Positions 37,539-48,284 of a stretch of DNA of 64,000 bases are shown here, piece by piece. The translations under genes were made by a program, and so were the position numbers. Each line of letters opens with the position of its first letter. Position 1 is the first letter of the stretch. The notes beneath the pieces are model-generated. The model did not search any database. It saw only the letters and a program-made list of their open reading frames with translations, and was not told the DNA's origin. Where the stretch lies: sequence record LC819008.1. The stretch is one strand, 5' to 3'.

Positions 37539-37586
37539 AAAAAAATAAGAGTAGACAGAGTGGGCGTGAGCCCACTCTGTTACTTA
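37539..37586 (-). repeat. 48-bp direct repeat copy 1 (stop, hairpin, U-tract)
   Basis: aaaaaaataagagtagacagagtgggcgtgagcccactctgttactta, identical to 38042-38089. Confidence 0.95.
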
Positions 37587-37982
37587 AATCTGCGTCAAAG
37601 CTTGACGAAGACTTTGGATATCTTTCTGATCCTTCGGTCGATTCATATTCAACTTCAATTGAAGAAGACTATCCAACGATTGAACATTGTATCCTTCACA
37701 AATCCAATCACAGAAGAATCTCGTATCCCCAATATCCAACACATCAGTTTCAAACCTCAGAAACTGAGGACCTCTCCTCGCTTCACTGATTTTAAAATCA
37801 CCAGTATCGATTAACCTTTGACAAGTTTCTCGATGAACATACATATCCACATCTGCTGCATAATCCCTCAAACCTCTTAACACCAAAGCCGCACCACTGA
37901 ACACTTCCACTTCACTTTTCTCAACACCATACTTCTCACAGAACTTATTCAATTCTTGGATAATTTGTTCTTTGTTCAACAT
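37584..37982 (-). CDS. Pol-beta-fold nucleotidyltransferase-like protein, copy 1
   Basis: ATG at 37982 (MLNKEQII); VFSGAALVLRGLRDYAADVDMYV; NRPKDQKDI; AT-rich. Confidence 0.7.
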   Translation of the reverse strand: MLNKEQIIQELNKFCEKYGVEKSEVEVFSGAALVLRGLRDYAADVDMYVHRETCQRLIDTGDFKISEARRGPQFLRFETDVLDIGDTRFFCDWICEGYNVQSLDSLLQLKLNMNRPKDQKDIQSLRQALTQI

Positions 37983-38041
37983 TTTAGTTCCTTCATTGTG
38001 GAATGTCACCCGAGTTATATATGGATGAGTTATTCTGCAAC

Positions 38042-38086
38042 AAAAAAATAAGAGTAGACAGAGTGGGCGTGAGCCCACTCTGTTAC

Positions 38087-38089
<3 letters not shown>
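38042..38089 (-). repeat. 48-bp direct repeat copy 2, ligase terminator
   Basis: Identical to 37539-37586; begins at the ligase TAA on the minus strand. Confidence 0.95.
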
Positions 38090-40162
<2,073 letters not shown>

Positions 40163-40170
40163 TCAGAAGA

Positions 40171-40178
40171 GTAATATA
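40171..40178 (-). promoter_or_regulatory. Candidate phiKZ-type early promoter (TATATTAC)
   Basis: gtaatata on + reads TATATTAC on -, ~24 nt upstream of the ligase ATG; matches the reported phiKZ early consensus. Single 8-mer. Confidence 0.4.
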
Positions 40179-40210
40179 TCGGTGAAAAAATAACAGACAT
40201 AAAAGCACTG

Positions 40211-40240
40211 GATACTCCTAGCCCGAAGGCTAGGAGTATC
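40211..40240 (-). terminator. Intrinsic terminator
   Basis: gatactcctagcc-CGAA-ggctaggagtatc after the 40249 stop; aaaa on + gives a U-run on -. Confidence 0.8.
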
Positions 40241-40248
40241 GGATGCGT

Positions 40249-40698
40249 TTACGGCTGAAGCATGAGCGTCTGCGAGACTTCGTACAGATTAGCCCAGACA
40301 CGAAGTGTGACGTAAGCCGATTCGTTCTTATCCAGCTGACTTGCGCCCTTACCTACGCCCGACAGTATCGCTTCCACGGCAGGAGCAACCAGCAGTTGCA
40401 TCTGAGGAAGTTGGACACCGGTATACTGACCGTCGATCCACTTGATCAGAGCAAAGCCTGCCTTGATGTACGTATCCAGATTGTCGAGGAGGTTTCCGCC
40501 AGCACGGATCAGCTGTTGCAGGTCGATGATGCTACGATCGATCTGAACACGGCTCAAGCCCTGTTCCTGCTGAACGCGCGAGCCTGAAAAATGGTTATAC
40601 TTAACCACATAACCAGCCCGCTCATTCATGATCACCACCAGGTCCTCTTTATAGGAATTGATGGCGTCACGAAGCAGATCACTGTTCGTCAGTTGCAT
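40249..40698 (-). CDS. Hypothetical protein
   Basis: 149-aa ORF with SD aaggg in a minus-strand run. Confidence 0.65.
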   Translation of the reverse strand: MQLTNSDLLRDAINSYKEDLVVIMNERAGYVVKYNHFSGSRVQQEQGLSRVQIDRSIIDLQQLIRAGGNLLDNLDTYIKAGFALIKWIDGQYTGVQLPQMQLLVAPAVEAILSGVGKGASQLDKNESAYVTLRVWANLYEVSQTLMLQP

Positions 40699-40707
40699 TA
40701 CGTCCCC

Positions 40708-41328
40708 TTACGAGAGAATGATGCCGGCCGATTCAGCGTTACGACGCGCTTCACGTTCAGCGTGCACTCGGTCGAATTCTTCCTTCGTCACTTCCTTTCC
40801 GTCGACAATGTACTTCGCCGGTTCCGGTTGCCCGCCGTTCACTTCATTGCGCTGTGCGCGCAGGAACGATGCCTGTTCGAACACGTTGGTGTCCGGATAC
40901 AGACGGCCGAGGTTTTGAGCGAAGTCGGCCAGGATCGTGCACGCGAAGACTTCTTCGATCGTCGACTTCTGCAGATCCTTGTTCAGATCGATGATCGTCG
41001 CGTGCGCCAGCTTGACCTGATCTTTCACGTTTTTCACGCCATCGAACAGGTGCGGAATTTCGTTGTAGGCGAGCAGAACCGACGCCGCGCCGATCAGATC
41101 GGTCAGGCGTTTGATTTCCAGATCGCACGACTGAACCTTCTGGACCTGGCCTTGAATTTCCATCGGATTCGGCTTGACGATGACGCTGGCCTGCATCTTC
41201 ATGAACTTCAGGAGCTCTTCAGCGCGACGGTTGACCCAGTCACGCGCGCGATGCGTGTAGAGCGTACGTGCTTCTTCGAGCTTTTCGATTTCAGCGTTCG
41301 TGAATACATGCTTGTTATTTTCGGACAT
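40708..41328 (-). CDS. Hypothetical protein
   Basis: 206 aa, strong genome-type codon bias. Confidence 0.7.
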   Translation of the reverse strand: MSENNKHVFTNAEIEKLEEARTLYTHRARDWVNRRAEELLKFMKMQASVIVKPNPMEIQGQVQKVQSCDLEIKRLTDLIGAASVLLAYNEIPHLFDGVKNVKDQVKLAHATIIDLNKDLQKSTIEEVFACTILADFAQNLGRLYPDTNVFEQASFLRAQRNEVNGGQPEPAKYIVDGKEVTKEEFDRVHAEREARRNAESAGIILS

Positions 41329-41587
41329 TTGCTTGAGATTCCAGTTGTTTGTAACGTTTTACAAGTTTACGAGAGAAACGCCCCATCACAGCAGCCCAGT
41401 GCTCTTCAGGAACAATTTCGAACATGTACTGCACGGCATAACGATACTGCGTCAGCGCCGCAGGCCGAGTCATTGCTTCATGAAACGGAAAGCGGCGCAG
41501 GACTGCATCTTCATGGGTGCCGTTGTGAAGCTGCGTCATCGTGACGTCATGGTCGGCGATCCCGCCGATGAGCCCGCGCCCCATCAT
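41315..41587 (-). CDS. Hypothetical protein
   Basis: 90 aa, SD aaggagg upstream. Confidence 0.6.
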   Translation of the reverse strand: MMGRGLIGGIADHDVTMTQLHNGTHEDAVLRRFPFHEAMTRPAALTQYRYAVQYMFEIVPEEHWAAVMGRFSRKLVKRYKQLESQANVRK

Positions 41588-41593
41588 GCCTCC

Positions 41594-42322
41594 TTAATGC
41601 AAAACAGGCTTGGCTTCGTCTTCTTCCGCCGGCTTAGCGACGAGTTCGTCCTTCTTCTTCAGACGGTCGTTGCTGAAAGGCAGACCATTCAACAGGAACT
41701 CGATCAGCCGATCGCGAATCGAATGGACGACGAAATCCCAGCCGTAGCCACGCAGGTTGTCCTGATTGCCGAAGTAGATAGCCAGTTCGTTGATCTGCTT
41801 TTCGAGTTCGGCCGGCGACTTCGCCTGAAGCTTCTTCTGCGGAATGACGAAGTTGATCTGGTCGTATGCTTCGCTCACGTACTTAGTGGTGTACGGATAC
41901 AGATTGAAGTAGACCAGGTCCTTCGTCCAGTCAGCCAGACTGTCCGGCATCATGGTATCGAACTGCTCCATGTATTGCGACACGTTCAGGATGATCACCG
42001 AACGGATCCGACGCAGTTCCGTGTTGATCATCTTGTCCGTCGGATACTTCGGATCGGTCGTTTCGCCGTCTTCTGTCAGATATGCCTGGCTGAGGAAGTT
42101 CTTGAAACCAACTTCAGCGTGATTGGCCATCGCGCGCGCCGAATTCGGGCCGAACGCCAGCAACGTTGCCGTATGACGCGGACCACCTTCGCGCTGCTGG
42201 AGGTAGTTCTTCTTCTCCCACCAGAAGCGAGTGCGCATCTGTTCCAGACTGTGTACTGCTTTTTCTTCGAGGGTTCCGTTGTGCGGATAAACCTCTTCGT
42301 TATCCATGTCGTGAAAGAACAT
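41594..42322 (-). CDS. Hypothetical protein
   Basis: 242 aa, SD ggaagg, strong codon bias. Confidence 0.7.
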   Translation of the reverse strand: MFFHDMDNEEVYPHNGTLEEKAVHSLEQMRTRFWWEKKNYLQQREGGPRHTATLLAFGPNSARAMANHAEVGFKNFLSQAYLTEDGETTDPKYPTDKMINTELRRIRSVIILNVSQYMEQFDTMMPDSLADWTKDLVYFNLYPYTTKYVSEAYDQINFVIPQKKLQAKSPAELEKQINELAIYFGNQDNLRGYGWDFVVHSIRDRLIEFLLNGLPFSNDRLKKKDELVAKPAEEDEAKPVLH

Positions 42323-42330
42323 CGGCCTTC

Positions 42331-42795
42331 CTAGATATAGTTTTCAAAAGGAAACTCATGAATTTCGTGAGATTCCACCAATGTGGCCTTGTCTTTAACA
42401 ATAGCGACTTGGCCATCAGGATACACAATGTGTTCCTCAGAGTCGTAGATAGCGATGTGAAAGCCCAGTTCACGAAGTAAGACCAGGCTATTCACCGCAC
42501 TCCACAACTTTAAAGCATCTTCAAAAGCGAAGATGTGCTGGCCGTACGTCGTGGCCGGAGCATTGAAGTCCCCCGGCTCAGCCAAGCACACCATCGCATC
42601 CGAGGCAAACCGCCCACGACCACTTTCGTGGGTGAACGGTCCTCTGCGGCTCTCCGGATGTTCTATCCGGAATACGCGCCGGGTTGCGTACTCGGTTTCA
42701 ATGCGGGCAGGGCCGGCGGCTCTGCGGGCATCGGTTCTTGAGTACGTGCCGCGAATTCTTCCAGCTGCTCGACGCGCAGCGCGGTTCTGATCCAT
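42331..42795 (-). CDS. Hypothetical protein with Arg-rich N-terminus
   Basis: SD gagga 9 nt before the ATG at 42795, which lies inside the upstream gene; VFRIEHP...GPF motif. Confidence 0.55.
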   Translation of the reverse strand: MDQNRAARRAAGRIRGTYSRTDARRAAGPARIETEYATRRVFRIEHPESRRGPFTHESGRGRFASDAMVCLAEPGDFNAPATTYGQHIFAFEDALKLWSAVNSLVLLRELGFHIAIYDSEEHIVYPDGQVAIVKDKATLVESHEIHEFPFENYI

Positions 42796-43193
42796 GTATG
42801 GTTATCCTCGCCCACAATGAATACAATGCCGGGCTGTTTGTAACGGGCGGTGCCATCATCTACGTCGACGGCGATGTCCGTTTGCAAAAGTTGAAATTTC
42901 ACCCCGCTTTCGCCTTCAAGCAAAGGCGTCAGCTGATTTAGCACATGCACATCCTCGGGTTTGCGCATGAGTTGCCGGGTGAGTGCGTACGTGTTTTGCA
43001 CCATCAGTTCGTAACGAGATTGCAGGACATAGAGGATTTCATCCTTGTCGTCCGGGTGATGGTAACGAGCCACGTAATTGAGCAGCTTGCGAAGAAACTC
43101 GTTGCCCTCGGAGTACAACCCGAAAGGCAGACCCGTCAACTCGCGTTGAGTCGGGTGCAGATCACGGATATTAACGTACCGTGTTTGATTCAT
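42663..43193 (-). CDS. Hypothetical protein
   Basis: 176 aa, SD aggag. Confidence 0.65.
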   Translation of the reverse strand: MNQTRYVNIRDLHPTQRELTGLPFGLYSEGNEFLRKLLNYVARYHHPDDKDEILYVLQSRYELMVQNTYALTRQLMRKPEDVHVLNQLTPLLEGESGVKFQLLQTDIAVDVDDGTARYKQPGIVFIVGEDNHTWIRTALRVEQLEEFAARTQEPMPAEPPALPALKPSTQPGAYSG

Positions 43194-43220
43194 GACTAGC
43201 TCCTGAGTGAGACCACACCA

Positions 43221-43427
43221 TCAGGCATGAATCGCGGTATCCAGCAGAATCAGGTCCGACAGATGGTTGAGCTCGACGAGCGTGATGGGCGTACTGCGAT
43301 CACGACCCTTAAGAGCGTCGAGACAGAGGTTGTTACCCCCGGCTTTAATCCTGGCAGCATCCACGGCGTCTTGAATCGTGTACTTCTTAACTACTTGCTC
43401 GAAGATCGTCCAGATTTGCTGTGCCAT
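43221..43427 (-). CDS. Small hypothetical protein
   Basis: 68 aa, SD aggag upstream of the ATG. Confidence 0.55.
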   Translation of the reverse strand: MAQQIWTIFEQVVKKYTIQDAVDAARIKAGGNNLCLDALKGRDRSTPITLVELNHLSDLILLDTAIHA

Positions 43428-43512
43428 TGTCTAACTCCTATTTTGAAAGAAGACAGTGAGGCGACGGCCAGCCTCCTCACTATCGTTACGACTGTTTTAA
43501 AATTACAGCTTC

Positions 43513-44742
43513 TTACTTCTTGGGTGCGTGTTTCAATGCACCCTGGATCAAGCCTTCGACCAAAGGCGGGATCTTCTGCTTTGCAGGTTTGACATCTTCC
43601 TGCGCCGCTTGAGCTTGCAATGCCTGCTTACCGAGTTCGTCGATCACTTTGTACGAAAAGTAACCGAGGTGATACCAGATAGCCAGGGCGTCCCACGCCG
43701 CATTGTGTTGAACAGCATCTTTCAAATCCGTCGGGTAAGCGTCGACGTATTCGATCTTGAAAGTGAAATTGCGCATCTGTCCGATACGCTTTCCTTCTCC
43801 CAAGTGAAGAAGTTCTGCGACATAAGCTACGTCAGTCGGGAAATCGACATGGATCACGACGTCTTGGGTCAGAAGACCGTCGGTATGACCCGTCTCGATG
43901 TTCAGAACCTGTTCGAGCCAATCGCTGAACTTGATCTTGTTGCGAACCAGATCCGTCACGAGCGTGCCCTTCGGCACGTCGAGCAGAACCGGAATCACAT
44001 GCTCTTTCAGCCAGTCGCGTTCGACTTCGCCTGCTGCTTTCGAATCGAATGCGTAATACGTCCGGCCGAACTTGTTGGTGATGCCGACAGACAACAGCGT
44101 CTTGGTCGTGTCGTCGAATTCACAATCGACGAACAGATCCATCGGCTGCAACCAGCGGCCCGGGATGCGGAACATCTGACCATCTTCGGTCAAGTAGGCC
44201 CAAGCATACACGTTCTTGAAATCGACCGGGACAAACAGCTTGTCCTGGATCGCACCATCCGTGCCGTACTTTACGGGTGCCGGGCACGAGAATTCGAACT
44301 CACCTTCACGGAGCAATTCCATGAAGACGTATTCAGTACTGATGACACCGTCGTTCACCATTTCGTGGCGAACCATCATGCCTTCGGTGTACGTCCGGCG
44401 ACCAGCAATCTGCACAACGATCGGTGTTTCGAGAGGAGGCCATTCGTCGAGAATGTTCTCCTTCATGCTCGCAGTCGTCTTGATCACAGCCCATTCGCGC
44501 TGCAACTGATCGATCTCGAACTTGTTGGCCGGAACCTTGCCCGGGAAGTACAGACCGTGGGTAATACCCGTCGGTTCGTTCTTCGGAAAGACCACCGCAT
44601 TCTTCAGTTCCAGCTTCGGAATCGGCTTGTCTTCGTGTTCCTTGCCGTCAGCCGGGTCCTTGAAAGCCACGAACCGCAACACAGCCTCGCAACGCTGCTG
44701 GGCGTTGATCTGTTTTTGTGAAAACTTAGCGTCTTTAATCAT
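43513..44742 (-). CDS. Two-domain protein with C-terminal DEDD 3'-5' exonuclease (Rv2179c-like)
   Basis: FVDCEF...LLSVGI...TYYA...WLKEHVIPVL...D...HNAAWDA. Confidence 0.65.
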   Translation of the reverse strand: MIKDAKFSQKQINAQQRCEAVLRFVAFKDPADGKEHEDKPIPKLELKNAVVFPKNEPTGITHGLYFPGKVPANKFEIDQLQREWAVIKTTASMKENILDEWPPLETPIVVQIAGRRTYTEGMMVRHEMVNDGVISTEYVFMELLREGEFEFSCPAPVKYGTDGAIQDKLFVPVDFKNVYAWAYLTEDGQMFRIPGRWLQPMDLFVDCEFDDTTKTLLSVGITNKFGRTYYAFDSKAAGEVERDWLKEHVIPVLLDVPKGTLVTDLVRNKIKFSDWLEQVLNIETGHTDGLLTQDVVIHVDFPTDVAYVAELLHLGEGKRIGQMRNFTFKIEYVDAYPTDLKDAVQHNAAWDALAIWYHLGYFSYKVIDELGKQALQAQAAQEDVKPAKQKIPPLVEGLIQGALKHAPKK

Positions 44743-44802
44743 TGTAAAAAAAGATCCAGGTTAGAGACGTAGGTGGGTTTCCCCACCTACGCTCGGTTAC
44801 GA

Positions 44803-46260
44803 TTACAGCTGGGAAGCCTTTTCTTGCAGGACGTTCTGGATGCGCTCGACATCCTCGTCGGTGATGTAGCCTTCGTTACGAAGCTGATCGACCAGAGGAG
44901 TCCAGAACAGCGTTGCAGGACCCTTGCCGGAGATCTTCACCATTTCCGCGCCGAAGAACTTGTGATCGATGAAGTAGTCGATTGCCATACCTTCAGGCGA
45001 ATCGAGCCATTCTTCGATTTCCGTCGGAACACCAGCACACGTTTCAGCTTCTTCACGCGTGATGACGTCGTCCGGCAGAAGACGATTGACGGTGCCCGTC
45101 GGAACGAAGTCCGAGTTCTTCAGGAAGTCGAGCATCGCGTAACGATCGTCGCCCGTGCGGCCGGTGAAGATGAAGATGTGATGGCCGTTGCGCTTCAGTG
45201 CCTTCAGCGTTTCGATTGCGAAGGGCGATTCCGGTCCGATGGTGGACGGACGCTGATCTTCGACGATGGTGCCGTCGAACGACACGACGAAAACCGCCGG
45301 TTCGTCTTCGATGCCGCGGTCGTCTTCGACATCGGTATCGATTGCCATCATGTCGATTTCCGCCTGTGCGTCCTTGCGGCCGACATGCTGGAATTCTTCA
45401 CCGAAGTTCTGCAGACACCAGTCGAACAGGTGCAGGTCCGTTTCCTTCTTTTCGATCGCGACGTTGTGGTAGCCGGTGACTTCCGCCTGCTTGAACTTCA
45501 CCATCGCGTCGACGTACTGGTCGTCCGGCAGTTTGTCGATGCCTTCCATTTGCTGGAGAGCGACGATGTTCACTTGCTGGTTCTGCACCATCCATTCGTC
45601 GAACGACAGTTGCGAGCCGCTGCGAACATGAGCCTGTTCGAGCGTTTCGCGGTGATCTTCGATCGCTTGACGAACCATGCGACGTGAAGCGCGGCTGTTC
45701 AGCGGAATGTCCTTCAGGTGGATCTTCGGCTTCTGGGCTTCCGGTTCAGCTTCGACCGGATCGGAGTTGGCTGCCCAGTGGTCGTTGCTCCACTTCCACA
45801 TCGGGTGCGTCTGGCCGTATTCCTGGACGTCGATCTTGACGATGCGTTCTTCGATCGCGGTTTCAGCCAGTTCGAATTCGTTGGCCAGAATCACGAAACG
45901 CAGCCACGGCATGTTGCCTTCGTTGACCCAGGCCGCATCGTTGCCGGCGAAGATTGCCGACAGCACCGTGCCGTTCAGCGCGATTGCCGTGCAGAAACGC
46001 TCGTCACCTTCGAGACCGGTTTCGGTGTTCAGGGCGATGTAGGTGAGAAAACCATTCGCCGAGATGTAGAACTCTTGCGGATGGTTCGGGCCGAACAGGC
46101 GGGTGAGGTCGCGCTTGGCGATGACGACACCGACCTTCTTGTTCTTGAAATCGGGCTCTTGCACCAGCACGCCGATGTGTTGCTGGATTTTCGAATGCTC
46201 GGGAAGTCCGAAGCCCGGACGGAAGACTTGAGCCTTTGCGTAAGTAATCGGAGTTTTCAT
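44803..46260 (-). CDS. Multi-domain protein with degenerate C-terminal HAD (BT0820-like) domain
   Basis: VVSFDGTIVE (motif I, first Asp replaced by Ser), IFIFTGR (motif II), YFIDHK (motif IV). Confidence 0.65.
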   Translation of the reverse strand: MKTPITYAKAQVFRPGFGLPEHSKIQQHIGVLVQEPDFKNKKVGVVIAKRDLTRLFGPNHPQEFYISANGFLTYIALNTETGLEGDERFCTAIALNGTVLSAIFAGNDAAWVNEGNMPWLRFVILANEFELAETAIEERIVKIDVQEYGQTHPMWKWSNDHWAANSDPVEAEPEAQKPKIHLKDIPLNSRASRRMVRQAIEDHRETLEQAHVRSGSQLSFDEWMVQNQQVNIVALQQMEGIDKLPDDQYVDAMVKFKQAEVTGYHNVAIEKKETDLHLFDWCLQNFGEEFQHVGRKDAQAEIDMMAIDTDVEDDRGIEDEPAVFVVSFDGTIVEDQRPSTIGPESPFAIETLKALKRNGHHIFIFTGRTGDDRYAMLDFLKNSDFVPTGTVNRLLPDDVITREEAETCAGVPTEIEEWLDSPEGMAIDYFIDHKFFGAEMVKISGKGPATLFWTPLVDQLRNEGYITDEDVERIQNVLQEKASQL

Positions 46261-46263
46261 AAA

Positions 46264-46929
46264 TTACTCGTCGTTGTTGTATTGAGCGAAATTGACGCGG
46301 ATCGGATTGGAGTGGTTCTTCGAATGGTGGTAATGCTCGATCACCGTACCCGCGAAGTCCAGGCGTTCAACTGCGTTCTTATCGAAGCGCATGAACGTCA
46401 TCTGGTAATACTGCTTTTCGGGGATGTCCTCGAACCCATAGCTCCGCTTGTTGATGTCTTCGACATCGGTTTTCGAAAAGAGAAGCAATCCCATCACGTT
46501 CTGGAACATGACGATGTAGCAGGACTGCTCCTCACTGATTTCCAACAGAGGATGTCCCGACATTTCCGCCGAGACAACATCTTTAACCTCCGCAAAGCAT
46601 GGGGAGTAGAAATAAGGATAAACCTGTTTCTCATCCTCCTTCAATTCGTGATTCAGATACCGCATGAAGAATGCGACATCGTCCACGACGATATGCTTCA
46701 GAATCTGAAAATCGACGAACAAGTCGTCCTGGTGTTTCCAGAGAATCGGATCTCCATATCCCTCCCCAAGAAACGTTTCCGGCTGGGGAATATCCGCCAG
46801 CTGGTGATACAGACCGCAAGCCAACTGATCAGCAGTGCGTTCGTCTTGCAAAATCTTGATGCGTGCCACTGCATCGCCGGCAGGTGTGCCGCGCATACGG
46901 TCTAGCAATCTCTTCAGTCCTGCGATCAT
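46264..46929 (-). CDS. Hypothetical protein
   Basis: 221-aa ORF closely spaced with its neighbours. Confidence 0.65.
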   Translation of the reverse strand: MIAGLKRLLDRMRGTPAGDAVARIKILQDERTADQLACGLYHQLADIPQPETFLGEGYGDPILWKHQDDLFVDFQILKHIVVDDVAFFMRYLNHELKEDEKQVYPYFYSPCFAEVKDVVSAEMSGHPLLEISEEQSCYIVMFQNVMGLLLFSKTDVEDINKRSYGFEDIPEKQYYQMTFMRFDKNAVERLDFAGTVIEHYHHSKNHSNPIRVNFAQYNNDE

Positions 46930-46933
46930 GTCA

Positions 46934-47344
46934 TTAGCCCTTGTATTGTTCCAGCTGCTGCGGCAGCCGATATTGGAAGAAACCGTTATGCGACCCAGTG
47001 ATTTCGATTTTCGAATCAGCCATGGCGCAATAGAACAGCCCGAAGTTGTGATTCAGCCATTCGTAAAACACTTCTTCTGCGATCCGCTGAGCGACCATCA
47101 TTCCAGCCATACCTCCCGTCACATCTGGATTTTCCATACGGTAAGAATCCAGTTTGTGGCGCAGAGTCTTGTTCAATTCACGAATCGCATCACGACGCTT
47201 TCGTTCGCCGGTGTCCGCCACAACGACGAACTTATAGTCCTTGAACCGGGCACGTTTATTATTCTGTTTATGCCGGTAAGCCATGATGCCAGACACAACT
47301 GCTGCAATTGCTCCGCTCATCCCGACATACATCATCGCGTCCAT
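46934..47344 (-). CDS. Hypothetical protein with N-terminal membrane anchor
   Basis: MMYVGMSGAIAAVVSGIMAY followed by basic residues. Confidence 0.6.
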   Translation of the reverse strand: MDAMMYVGMSGAIAAVVSGIMAYRHKQNNKRARFKDYKFVVVADTGERKRRDAIRELNKTLRHKLDSYRMENPDVTGGMAGMMVAQRIAEEVFYEWLNHNFGLFYCAMADSKIEITGSHNGFFQYRLPQQLEQYKG

Positions 47345-47477
47345 CTTTTCCTCATTTTAAAAAAGTTGTTATTGACCATTGGTGCTGGGGGTCAAACTGA
47401 TGATATATTTATGTAATAAATTACAAACTTAACGGCTGATTTTATGCTAACACCATCTTTCTGCACATAGGTTAAAA

Positions 47478-48233
47478 ATGAACTTTGATCTCACTAAGCT
47501 CGGTAATGCCTTGTCGGGTTTGACCGACTGGGTCAAAGCGGGCTTCACCACCCATGCGAGCAGGCTCGCTGCACTCGAAGGTAACAAGATTACCGTCGCG
47601 ACGTTTGCTACGCTGCCGACAACAAACGTCGGTCCCGTGTTGGTCGCCGATCTCAATGAGATCTGGACCTGGTCAGCAAGCGCTTACTATACGGGTTATC
47701 GCGCATTCGATTGCGGCGAACCTATTTTGTCAGCGAAAGCAACGCATTCGCCACGACATCTTGACCTCAATGGTCAAGGCGCAATCTCCAAGACGACTTA
47801 TGCAAGTCTCTGGGGTTTCGCTAAAGAACAAGGTCTGGTGGTTGCTGCTGGTAGTTGGGCAGCGGGCCTCTACGCCTTCGTCGATCTGGGCGGAGACAAC
47901 TTCCAACTGCCCGATCTGCGTAATACGTTTTTCCGTGCAACCGGTACGAACAAGGATACGTCTACCACACGAGCCATCGGTAGTTCTCAGGCAGATGCAT
48001 TCGCTGCACACAACCACAATTACTTGACTGAAGCTGGAACGCCGACGTCGAATGACATTCTGGTGTTTAAGGATGGTGGTGTGTCTGGCGACAGTTCTCC
48101 ATGGACTCCGACGAGCGTGAATCAGACGAACACGATTCCGTCCAACAGCTATCCTGCTCCGGCTACCACAAGTACGGGCGGCACGGAAACGCGACCGTAT
48201 AACACGGCATTTGCGCCACGAATCCATATTTAA
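47478..48233 (+). CDS. Tail fibre protein with phage tail-collar domain
   Basis: LNGQGAISKTTYASLWG, FQLPDLRNTFFR, GSSQADAFAAHNH, ETRPYNTAFAPRI. Confidence 0.85.
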   Translation: MNFDLTKLGNALSGLTDWVKAGFTTHASRLAALEGNKITVATFATLPTTNVGPVLVADLNEIWTWSASAYYTGYRAFDCGEPILSAKATHSPRHLDLNGQGAISKTTYASLWGFAKEQGLVVAAGSWAAGLYAFVDLGGDNFQLPDLRNTFFRATGTNKDTSTTRAIGSSQADAFAAHNHNYLTEAGTPTSNDILVFKDGGVSGDSSPWTPTSVNQTNTIPSNSYPAPATTSTGGTETRPYNTAFAPRIHI

Positions 48234-48243
48234 CGGCATAAGT

Positions 48244-48279
48244 CATAATCCACTCTCCCGCAAGGGAGAGTGGATTATG
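48244..48279. terminator. Bidirectional terminator
   Basis: cataatccactctccc-GCAA-gggagagtggattatg, 16-bp stem between convergent genes. Confidence 0.85.
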
Positions 48280-48284
48280 TTCGC

